64,000 nt of DNA from Candidatus Hydrogenedentota bacterium (GTDB taxonomy: Bacteria; Hydrogenedentota; Hydrogenedentia; Hydrogenedentales; SLHB01): the NCBI GenBank assembly GCA_963745075.1, contig CAVUWV010000036.1, positions 1 to 64,000 on the forward strand, written 5' to 3'. A program made the translations under genes and the position numbers. Each line of letters opens with the position of its first letter. Position 1 is the first letter of the stretch. Below are positions 20,816 to 29,474 of the stretch, one piece after another. Under the pieces are notes generated by a model that made no database searches, was not told the DNA's origin, and saw only the letters and a program-made list of their open reading frames with translations.

Positions 20816-23194
20816 TTAGCGCAATTCCTTGACCAAGTCCAAGCCGCGAATCCATTTGGCAACGCGCTCGTGGTCTGCGTTGGTGCTGCTGTGGCCTTTG
20901 GTCGGAGTCACGCGTAGCGTCACGAGTCCCGCTTGCTGATGTCCGCCCGCGACCGCCGTGATACGACGTGCAAACGCGATAGCATCGTCGGTTCCGACAC
21001 GGGTATCCTGGCTACCAATCGTGATCCACAACGGCCGATCCGCAAGCGCGTCGGCGACAGTGATCAAGGACAACTGCTGCGCCAAGGCGTTGTCGTCCAT
21101 ACCGTCGAATTCGCGTAATGCGCAGAGATCGGTGACCGGAGAATACGCGGCCACCGCGCGAATGGACGAATTGCCCGCGGCCGCCTGACAAGCCATGTAC
21201 CCGCCGCGTGACGTGCCCTCGGCGACGAAATGGTTGGGCGCGGCGATTCCTGCATCCACCAGGTACGCCAACACGTCATCCACCCGCGCACGCCAATCGG
21301 TCACGATGTTCTCGCCGTGCTCGACACGGTACCGCCAGCCGTCCAATTGAGGTGGTTCGCCGTCGCGTTGCTGGGCTCCGTGACACGGCAGATCCAAGGC
21401 AATTACATTCCAGCCCTGCGGATGCAGAATTGCTCCCGTGTGGCCGTAGGGGTCCTTCGTCAACGTCGATTCGGCGTCCATGGCACAGACCAGCAAGGTC
21501 GGCGCGGGAATCTTCGCGGCCTGGATTATGGCGAAGTCCGTGCCCTTCGGTGTCGTTCGCATATCGGGTTTAACGGTTTCCGTCGCGGCTTCGTCCGCAT
21601 GCAGGTACATTGCATACAGACGCGGATTGACCTCTCCGTCGCCGTGCATCGTCACGTGAAAGCGCACGGTCTTGCCGGCAAGTGATGCCAACGCCCTGGA
21701 CGGCCACGCGACCGGACAATCCAGCCCGTCTTCCGCACCAGCCACGCCGCTGTTCTCGCCCGAGTACTCGGGATAGAAATGAAAGTCCGTGTCGGCAATC
21801 TCGACACGCATGCCAGTAACGCCGCCCGCGTTGAGCGCGAGTGCACAGCCGGTCTCCGGCAGGCGAATCGCGGTGGACCAGACCGATCCTTCCGTGTTGT
21901 CGCCGACCAACCCCAGCGCACCCCAGCGATCGCGCGGGATCGTGGCCAGCGCCACCTCGGCATAGTAGTCCTCCGCGGGCATGCTGGGTTTCCACCCCAC
22001 GTTCCGCCAGCGTCCGTGGTAGATGCTCGTCTCGTCGCCCACGTTCAGGATGCCGTTGGCCTGGCACAGGATCGTGTTGTACGCCACCCCGGGAATCGGT
22101 GTTGCCGGCGACTCGGTCGAGGACAACCACGTGAACCCTTTCACCGGTTCGCGGAAGGCGACGCCGTCGTTGCTCACGACCAATCCAAAATCGCCGGAGA
22201 TCTTCGCGAAATCCTGGTTATTGTGCCAGATGCAGTAGAGCCCCACCGCCACGTTGCCGAAACTTGCCGCGCCCACGCCGAGGTGTACCTCGTTGCGTTC
22301 CGGACCTTCAGCATAGGGTAACGCAAACGACTCTGCGCCTTCTTGAAGCCAACGATCGAAATCCGTCGAAATCCATGCCGCGCCTTGCCGTCCTCGTTTG
22401 CGGCCCGATTCGCCCGGCAAGAAGGTCTGCGCGTTCACAATGTACTTGCCGTTGAACTGATAAAAGGACGCGTGCTCCAGAAACGAATCCAGCGGCGGCT
22501 CCTTCGCCGTTGTCCATTGGATACCGTCCGGACTGGTCGCGATGCGCATCGTCGGATACTCATAGGGATCGTATTGCGACCAGAACGCCAGCTTGTAACG
22601 CCGCGCAGGATCCGGATCGGTTTCGTCCTTGATGACACACGCATTCGCGGTCAACGCGCTGGGCAAGTCGATTGCGTTGTTGTCCCGGTTGCCTTTGAAC
22701 AGCAGTTGACCCAGGTTCGGTTTGGTCCAATGAATGCCATCGTCACTTTCCGCGTAACACAACGGACCGGGGATCACCTTGCTCGTCCACCGATCGGCCT
22801 GTTTCGTCAGCTCCGGCGGCCAATCGGGGTTGCGCCCGATGTGGCACGGGTAATACCACATCCGGAACTTGCCGTCGTCGTGCAATACGGTTCCGTAAAA
22901 GTGCGTGGCGAGATAGTCCGGCGCATCGCGATTGTCGCGGCTCGGTGTCAGCACCGGCTCCGCCCGCACCTCCGGTTTGGTGATGAAATACGCCAGGTTC
23001 CGCTTCAGTTGGAGCGACACGTCGTCTATCGCCAGCAATACGGCCTGGCCGTCGACGTGGACGCCGGTCAAAGGAAAGTAGAAACCATCGCCGGCCCTGG
23101 CTGTCTCCTGGGCCCCGACTTCGTGCCAAGGTCCGATCGTTCCGGCAACAACTGCAACGAATGCAATTATGAATCGCTTGGAGCAAGTCACCAC
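20816..23194 (-). CDS. Secreted fusion: five-bladed beta-propeller glycosidase-like domain plus a C-terminal alpha/beta hydrolase
   Basis: Asp-box-like YAESDDGIHWTKP and ATSPDGIQW. Hydrolase motifs LDLPCHG, GTSRGG (GxSxG), QDTRV and KGHS. Confidence 0.6.
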   Translation of the reverse strand: MVTCSKRFIIAFVAVVAGTIGPWHEVGAQETARAGDGFYFPLTGVHVDGQAVLLAIDDVSLQLKRNLAYFITKPEVRAEPVLTPSRDNRDAPDYLATHFYGTVLHDDGKFRMWYYPCHIGRNPDWPPELTKQADRWTSKVIPGPLCYAESDDGIHWTKPNLGQLLFKGNRDNNAIDLPSALTANACVIKDETDPDPARRYKLAFWSQYDPYEYPTMRIATSPDGIQWTTAKEPPLDSFLEHASFYQFNGKYIVNAQTFLPGESGRKRGRQGAAWISTDFDRWLQEGAESFALPYAEGPERNEVHLGVGAASFGNVAVGLYCIWHNNQDFAKISGDFGLVVSNDGVAFREPVKGFTWLSSTESPATPIPGVAYNTILCQANGILNVGDETSIYHGRWRNVGWKPSMPAEDYYAEVALATIPRDRWGALGLVGDNTEGSVWSTAIRLPETGCALALNAGGVTGMRVEIADTDFHFYPEYSGENSGVAGAEDGLDCPVAWPSRALASLAGKTVRFHVTMHGDGEVNPRLYAMYLHADEAATETVKPDMRTTPKGTDFAIIQAAKIPAPTLLVCAMDAESTLTKDPYGHTGAILHPQGWNVIALDLPCHGAQQRDGEPPQLDGWRYRVEHGENIVTDWRARVDDVLAYLVDAGIAAPNHFVAEGTSRGGYMACQAAAGNSSIRAVAAYSPVTDLCALREFDGMDDNALAQQLSLITVADALADRPLWITIGSQDTRVGTDDAIAFARRITAVAGGHQQAGLVTLRVTPTKGHSSTNADHERVAKWIRGLDLVKELR

Positions 23195-23717
23195 ACGCCA
23201 CCTCCGCTTTGCAAAACGTGATCAAGGATACACCCGGGACATGCTGCAAAGTCGAATTCACATCCCCCTGCTCCCCCTTCAAAGACAGGACCGACAAAAG
23301 TCGCCAAAGGTCCGATTCTTGGAAAGGCGGCCCAAACACGGCAACGACTGGTCGCGTAAGATAGCTTCTGTAAAAAGGGGGTAGACAAAAGAGGCCATCG
23401 TTTGCTCCGCCTATGTCAAGAAGTTTCTGTAAAAGAGCCGTGGTGAACACGAAGTTCCGGGTTGCCCGTTGTGACGTCTTGGTTTGTTCACCCCCTCCTC
23501 CGGAGGAGCGGTGCGTTGCTAGTACAGTTATGTCACCTTGTTTCGTTTCGTTTGATGGGGGCCTCCGCTCCAGGTGGTCCATGACGAGATACCGCATGCG
23601 CTATCGGCTGGAACAACGACTACCTCGAGGAACTCCTCATGCAGGTATGACTTTTAATGCGATTGCCCTGTTCTTACTAGCCGGGCCTGGGTGCGCGAGC
23701 TGTGTTATAGTTTCGCG

Positions 23718-25514
23718 ATGATGGAGCAGTTACCAAATCCCCGGGGGGAATACGAATCCCGATTGGCTGCGCGACGGAAGACCGCGAAAGCCCTCGAACG
23801 CCGGGCGGACTGGATCGCCAACGGGCGGCTCGTCGTATTCGTGGTGGTCTTTGTCGTGGCGTGGGCAGGTATCTGGGAGAAGGCGGTAAACCCGTGGTGG
23901 GCGGCGGTGCCGGTCCTCGGGTTTGTGGCGCTGGTGATTGCCCACGACCGGGCGTTGCGCGCCAAGACCATTGCGAGTGCCGCGGTGACGTTCTACGAGC
24001 GTTGCCTCGCGCGGCTGGACCACCGATGGGCGGGCACCGGACTTCCCGGCACGGATCTCGTGCCCGAGGACCATCCCTACGCCGCCGACTTGGACCTGTT
24101 CGGGAAGGGCTCGCTGTTCGAGTTGCTCTGCACGGCGCGGACGCGGGCGGGGGAGCGGACGCTTGCGGACTGGCTGCTCGGGCCGGCCGAGCCCGACGAA
24201 ATCCGGGCCCGACAAGAGGCGCTAAATGAGTTGCGACCCCGGCTGGACTTGCGCGAAGAGCTTGCGTTGCTTGGCACGGACGTGCGACGCGGCGTGTTGC
24301 CCGAAGTGGTCGCGCGATGGGGTGCCGCGCCTGCGTTGTTCGCTTCTTCCGCGCCGTTGTGGGTTGCGCACGTGCTTGCAGTCGCAGCGACCGTTTCGCT
24401 CTTCAGTTGGGGTGTGCTCGGTTTCGGACCCATTCCGTTCCTGCTGTCCGTGTTCGGCATCTGGGTGTTGAACCGCGTCACCAAATGGCGCGTCAAACAA
24501 GTGCTGAAGGACATCGAAGAACCCGGGCGCGAACTGGACGTACTCGGCGAAGTGCTCGCGCGACTGGAACGGGAACCCCTCTCCTGCGAGCGCCTTCGAC
24601 GCGTCCACGCACTCCTTTCCGAAAAGGGGCGCCCGGCATCGTCGTGCATTCGAAATCTACAGCGGCTACTCACATGGCACGAAGCGCGGGGCAATCAGCT
24701 CTTTGCGCCGCTCGCCATCCTGCTGGTGTGGGACGTGCACTTTGCCTATGCCTTCGAGCGGTGGCGGTTGACCTATGGCAAGCAGGTGTCACGTTGGCTC
24801 GACGCGGTGGGGGACTTGGAAGCGCTCGTGGCTTTGGCCGCGTACGCGTACGAGTATCCCCACGACCCGTTCCCGGAGATCGTCGAGGATGGTCCCCGTT
24901 TCGAGGGCGAACAGGTGGGCCATCCCCTGCTGCCGTCGGCGACCTGCGTTCCCAACGACGTGATCTTCGGAGACGCGTTGCGGCTCCTGGTCGTGAGTGG
25001 CTCGAACATGTCCGGCAAGAGCACGATGCTGCGCACCGTGGGCATCAACACGGTGCTGGCCCTCGCGGGCGCGCCGGTCCGGGCGAAACAATTGCGCGTG
25101 TCTCCCATGACCATCGGCGCGACGTTGCGGATTCAGGATTCGATTCAGGCCGGCAGTTCCCGGTTCTACGCTGAGATCAGCAAGATCCGGCAGCTCGTCG
25201 ATTTAACCGAGGGACCGTTGCCGCTCCTGTTTCTGCTCGACGAAATCCTTCACGGGACGAATTCGCACGACCGCAAAATCGGCGCGGACGCCATTGTGCG
25301 CGGCCTCCTTGATGCGGGCGCGGCAGGATTGGTCACAACGCACGATCTCGCTCTCGCCAAGACGGCCGACGACCTTGGTAACCGTGCGGCGAACGTCCAC
25401 TTCGAGGATCAGTTGGAAGACGGGAAGCTGGTCTTCGACTACCGGATGCGTTCGGGCGTGGTGCGGAAGAGTAACGCGCTTGAACTTATGCGCGCAGTGG
25501 GGTTGAAGGTGTGA
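23718..25514 (+). CDS. Membrane-anchored MutS-related ATPase (MutS domain V only)
   Basis: Several TM helices, then SGSNMSGKSTMLR, DSIQAGSSRFYAE, LLDEILHGTNS, TTHDL and SNALELM. No mismatch-binding domain I. Confidence 0.88.
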   Translation: MMEQLPNPRGEYESRLAARRKTAKALERRADWIANGRLVVFVVVFVVAWAGIWEKAVNPWWAAVPVLGFVALVIAHDRALRAKTIASAAVTFYERCLARLDHRWAGTGLPGTDLVPEDHPYAADLDLFGKGSLFELLCTARTRAGERTLADWLLGPAEPDEIRARQEALNELRPRLDLREELALLGTDVRRGVLPEVVARWGAAPALFASSAPLWVAHVLAVAATVSLFSWGVLGFGPIPFLLSVFGIWVLNRVTKWRVKQVLKDIEEPGRELDVLGEVLARLEREPLSCERLRRVHALLSEKGRPASSCIRNLQRLLTWHEARGNQLFAPLAILLVWDVHFAYAFERWRLTYGKQVSRWLDAVGDLEALVALAAYAYEYPHDPFPEIVEDGPRFEGEQVGHPLLPSATCVPNDVIFGDALRLLVVSGSNMSGKSTMLRTVGINTVLALAGAPVRAKQLRVSPMTIGATLRIQDSIQAGSSRFYAEISKIRQLVDLTEGPLPLLFLLDEILHGTNSHDRKIGADAIVRGLLDAGAAGLVTTHDLALAKTADDLGNRAANVHFEDQLEDGKLVFDYRMRSGVVRKSNALELMRAVGLKV

Positions 25515-25613
25515 GGTCACGCCCGCGACAAAACGCAGTCGGTTACGATTACGACGCACGATAACGATTACGAGCAAGAAGGTAAAAGATACTCCCGATC
25601 TTGATGGGGCTGT

Positions 25614-26303
25614 CTACGGAACGTCCTTCCCCGAGATACCGCCGACGGTGAGATTCGGATTGGGCAACCCGTCGTTGGCGGTATTGAGTTTCGTCGAGTC
25701 CAGGTACTCCACGTGGCCATCGGCAAATAGATACAGGCGTTTCCCGCCTATGCCGAACCAGCCCTGATCCGTCGAGAACGCGGCATGGTTGGCGTACCAC
25801 TCGCCCACGAGGATCTTCTGCGTGGGATGCCGCACGGAAACCGAGCGTTGCGGGATGGTCGGCAGGGCGGACAGGTAGTTGTCCGTGATGTCGTCCATGG
25901 AGTCGATTTGTTCCGGCGAATGGTAAAACGCCATGGAGTAGGCGTAGGACGTGCTTCCGTATTGCGTCACGGACCGGGGATCCGACGGGCACCAGAAGAC
26001 ACCGGGATTGTCTTCGTTCCCAGGGATATATTCGGTCAATTTTGTGCGCCAGCCGCGCCCCATCCAGAGCCAGTAGTAGGGAGACAGGCTGACGGGGTCG
26101 TCCGCCGCAGGGTACGTGTCATAGTTTTCGAGCAGGTAGAGCTGGAAGGCGATCCCGATCTGTCGCAGGTTGTTCGTGCAGGAGGCCCGTTGAGCGCTTT
26201 CCCGCGCGCGGGACAGAACGGGCAACAGCAACGCCGCCAGCAGTGAGATGATGCCGACGGACACCAGCAGTTCGATCAATGTAAACCCAACGCGTTTATG
26301 CAT
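25614..26303 (-). CDS. Prepilin-type N-terminal cleavage/methylation domain protein (DUF1559/H-X9-DG-like)
   Basis: [64 protein letters not shown]. Confidence 0.9.
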   Translation of the reverse strand: MHKRVGFTLIELLVSVGIISLLAALLLPVLSRARESAQRASCTNNLRQIGIAFQLYLLENYDTYPAADDPVSLSPYYWLWMGRGWRTKLTEYIPGNEDNPGVFWCPSDPRSVTQYGSTSYAYSMAFYHSPEQIDSMDDITDNYLSALPTIPQRSVSVRHPTQKILVGEWYANHAAFSTDQGWFGIGGKRLYLFADGHVEYLDSTKLNTANDGLPNPNLTVGGISGKDVP

Positions 26304-26478
26304 GACGAGAGTATGTAATTCCGAGAAAGATTGCAGCACCAGAAACTGTAGAAATTGCACCGGAAAGACCGCCACCCGGCAGGTGGGCAGCATTCTAGTG
26401 ATTCGAGACGGTAAAGGCAAACTGGAGCGGGACTCAGCGTTCTCAAAGGTAGGGATAGAAACCAAGACGTGCTAACCA

Positions 26479-26630
26479 GGAGGTCGGGTTTTCCTTTCTG
26501 CCTACGAATGCCCGATTGGTTGGTGGAACAGGCCCACCCGAAGCGGACCTAAGGCAAGGCCTCTCCCGAAATGCGCGGGTACTTTCCTTCCGAAAAGACT
26601 CTCGAAGGCGGGTAAGCAAACCCGCCCTCC
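26479..26630. repeat. REP doublet (REPIN-like), GGAGGGCGGGTTT-type
   Basis: A degenerate GGAGGTCGGGTTTTCCTTTCTGCC at 26479 (+) faces GGAGGGCGGGTTTGCTTACCCGCC at 26607-26630 (-). Same family as 46124-46261. Confidence 0.6.
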
Positions 26631-26708
26631 TCCTACGTACCGTTCGATCGTGGGGTTCGAGCGCGAAGGCCTTCTTCGTTCATGCGGAGGCTTGCCGGCG
26701 CTGGAGAC

Positions 26709-28343
26709 TCATTCATCGTCGGCGTCCATGTCTGGCGTCGTGTCATCGGTTTGTCCTGCCGCGACGGGTCTTCCGTACACCTCGACTTCCACGTAGTGGT
26801 TGCGGTCATCGGTGGTATTGCCGTTGGAATAGAGGCGGATGTAGCGCGCGCGGACGCCTTTGGCATCAATGAGCCGGCCTTCGTAGGTTTCGATGTATTC
26901 GTGGTCCTTGCCGGGTCCGAATCCCAAGGTGTCGTCGTAATCGTTATTGAACAGGAGATGCGATTCCGAACCGAAACCCGGTTCGTCAGACACCATGGCT
27001 GCAACGTCGAAATACACGCGTTCACTCGCGTGCCAATGCCAGATAACGACGGCATAGATCTCCGATTCTTGACCGAGGTCAAGCTGAATCCACTGCTTTC
27101 CAGAACGTACTTCGACCACGTGTTCCTGCTGATACCCCTTCTCGCCGTCGGTGACCATAGCCAGCGATCCGTACACGGGGTCGGGATCGCTGCTGGTCAC
27201 CGGTTTGTCGAGCGCGAGATTCGTTGCGCCGGCGGGAGCCAGGAAGGGTTCGCGTAGTTTTGAGCGCGGCGTCTCCAGATTCTCGCTGAAGTAATCCAAC
27301 GGGGTCCCCCCGAAATGCTGTTTGGGCAACTCAATCGGAAGCGGCTGCAAATCTGTGTTGGGATTTGTAACGCGCACGCGGAACTGACTGCCGTCCGACC
27401 CGCCTCCCGACGCACCCGCCAACGTCGGACGGTCGGGTTTCGCTTCGGGCTCGTGCACGAATTCGCCAGTGGGTGGGGGTTTCGGAACTTGACCGGCGGG
27501 TGTAGGCCCGGTTGCGGATAAAGCCGGGTTCGGCGGAGCGGACGGTGTCGCCGGATCGGGTGCCGCAACAATGGCCGGCGAATCGTCGGGCGTTGCAAGA
27601 AACGGGGACACTACGAGAAATCCCGCATAGAGCATCGCGCACACCGATACGCCCAGTACGACAAACTTCAATGTAACCGCGCCCGTGAGCGCTGCGACGC
27701 CGCCCGCCGCGGGTACGCCCGACACGGCCATCTTGCCCACCGATGACACGAGACGTGCCGGCGCGGCTTCGGCCAGGTTTTCGGTCAGAGCGGTGGCGAG
27801 GGCTGCTACGGCAATAGACAAGCCCTTCTTGCGCAGCGACTCGCGAATGGCCTCGACCCCTTTGCCGACGCGATAGGTCACGGTCTGGCGCGATACGCCG
27901 AGTTGTTCGGCGATGACGGCGTGACTCTCCCCGGCCATAAAATGCGCGACGACGGCTTCTTGGATTTCGGCCGGCAACTCAGCCACGGATTCATCCACGA
28001 GGGTCTCGATCTCGCGCCATTGTGCGATGGTTTCCGTGGGTTGGGCGGCCATGTAGCGGCGCTCGCGTTCTCGACGCCGGGCGGCGGCCTTCGCACGGTC
28101 CCGGGCCTTATTCACCGCCACACGGTGCAGCCAAGCGCCGAGATTCGTGCTAGGCGGCACGCGCGTCTGCGCAAGCGTCAGGAAGCATTCCTGAGCGGCG
28201 TCTTCCGCATCCGCCCCGTCCCCCAGAATACGGCGGCACGCGCCATACACGACGCCCGCATATCGCCCTGCCAGATCCGCAAAGGCTTCCGCATCGCGTT
28301 CGCGCGTCCAGCGATCGAGCAATGTCCAGTCGTTTGTAGCCAA
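26709..28343 (-). CDS. Third TM-anchored ECF sigma factor, with a Pro-rich linker and a C-terminal discoidin (F5/8 type C, CBM32-like) domain
   Basis: DAEAFADL..DAEDAAQECFLTL..LGAWLH and a region 4 HTH, TM FVVLGVSVCAMLYAGFLVV, then NLALDKPVTSS..TDG..WIQLDLG..RARYIRL..EVEVYG. TTG start after a GAGGA RBS (the ORF extends to 28406). Confidence 0.88.
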   Translation of the reverse strand: MATNDWTLLDRWTRERDAEAFADLAGRYAGVVYGACRRILGDGADAEDAAQECFLTLAQTRVPPSTNLGAWLHRVAVNKARDRAKAAARRRERERRYMAAQPTETIAQWREIETLVDESVAELPAEIQEAVVAHFMAGESHAVIAEQLGVSRQTVTYRVGKGVEAIRESLRKKGLSIAVAALATALTENLAEAAPARLVSSVGKMAVSGVPAAGGVAALTGAVTLKFVVLGVSVCAMLYAGFLVVSPFLATPDDSPAIVAAPDPATPSAPPNPALSATGPTPAGQVPKPPPTGEFVHEPEAKPDRPTLAGASGGGSDGSQFRVRVTNPNTDLQPLPIELPKQHFGGTPLDYFSENLETPRSKLREPFLAPAGATNLALDKPVTSSDPDPVYGSLAMVTDGEKGYQQEHVVEVRSGKQWIQLDLGQESEIYAVVIWHWHASERVYFDVAAMVSDEPGFGSESHLLFNNDYDDTLGFGPGKDHEYIETYEGRLIDAKGVRARYIRLYSNGNTTDDRNHYVEVEVYGRPVAAGQTDDTTPDMDADDE

Positions 28344-28516
28344 CGCCGGGTCCTCGTGGTGAGTGCCGATTCTATTGTACACGTCATTAGACCGGATACA
28401 TCTCAAGCTTTTACGTAACCATACGTGCTCGGCAAACCAATGCCGGATCGAGTACGAGCACGAGACCGAGTACGCGTACGTATGCGTGGCAAGGGCGTCG
28501 GGACGGTTTCGACGCG

Positions 28517-29254
28517 TTATCCTTTCCCGGCGGCTATTCCGTACACTTCGACTTCGACGTAGTGATTCAAGTCATCGATGGCGTTGCCGTTGGAATAGAG
28601 CCGAACGTAGCGTCCGCGGACGTCTTTCGCGTCGATAAGCCGCCCCTCGTAGGACTCGAAGTATTCCAGGTTTGTGCCCACGCCCAGGCCGGACGAATTG
28701 TCGAAGTCGTTGTTGAAAAGCGTATGGACCCCCGTGCGAAATCCCGGATCGAGGGCGGCCTTTACGACGACATCGAAGTAAACGTTGTCCCGATTGTGCT
28801 GGTGCCACACGACCACGGCACAGATTTCCATTTCCTTTCCGAGATCGATTTGCACCCACTGCAAGCCCGAGGCAAGTTCCACGCAGTGCTCGGGCTGGTA
28901 GCTCTTCGCGCCGTCGGTGATCTGCGAAAGCTTGCCGTAATTCGGGCTGGAGCAACTGCTGGTGACGGGCTTGTTCATTGCGAGATTGGCCGCCCCGGCC
29001 GGCGCCAGAAACGGCGGGCGGGGAACGTAGCTCTTTTCTTCGAGATGATCGGAGGAGTAGTCCGAGGGGGTACCGCCAAAATAGGGGTCCGGGAGTTCGA
29101 TCGGCAGCGGAGCTCTTTCGGCGGGGGTGTTGTCGGCCGAAGCCAGGGCGTGCCCCGCCACAATTGTCAGGGTCGCGAGCAGCGCGATGAGCGCGAACCC
29201 GGAATATCCGATTGCCCAGAATCTATTGTCAGCGCACCGTTTCGTGCAGCTCAT
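28517..29254 (-). CDS. Exported discoidin/F5-8 type C domain protein, paralog of the sigma factor's C-terminal domain
   Basis: N-terminal hydrophobic segment, then NLAMNKPVTSS..TDG..WVQIDLG..RGRYVRL..EVEVYG. Confidence 0.85.
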   Translation of the reverse strand: MSCTKRCADNRFWAIGYSGFALIALLATLTIVAGHALASADNTPAERAPLPIELPDPYFGGTPSDYSSDHLEEKSYVPRPPFLAPAGAANLAMNKPVTSSCSSPNYGKLSQITDGAKSYQPEHCVELASGLQWVQIDLGKEMEICAVVVWHQHNRDNVYFDVVVKAALDPGFRTGVHTLFNNDFDNSSGLGVGTNLEYFESYEGRLIDAKDVRGRYVRLYSNGNAIDDLNHYVEVEVYGIAAGKG

Positions 29255-29474
29255 CAGAAATCACCTCGTGCTAACGTAGGCGTTCTTCCACACTTTAGAC
29301 GACACTGAGAGCGTTTTGGCCAAAAGCGTGGAAAAGGATCCGGCCGGTATCCGTCAATCCCAAGCATTGCCTTGCACGAAACACGCATGCCCCCTATAGT
29401 TATTGCACGGACTTTGCGCACCGGACCGCCCCGTACTCGGCATTTTCGGGGCAACCAGGGAGAGGGGAGCGATC

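Noticed and set aside
23200..23700. ncRNA in the 500-bp divergent intergenic region
   Set aside because: It has only a short palindrome (CTCCTCCGGAGGAG) and a TTCTGTAAAA direct repeat. I saw no coherent fold or promoter-terminator unit.
26304..26640. Cobalamin riboswitch upstream of the DUF1559-like gene
   Set aside because: Only a CCGGTGCAA fragment resembles it. The B12 box and GGGAA elements are missing in the right orientation, and a REP doublet explains the hairpins.
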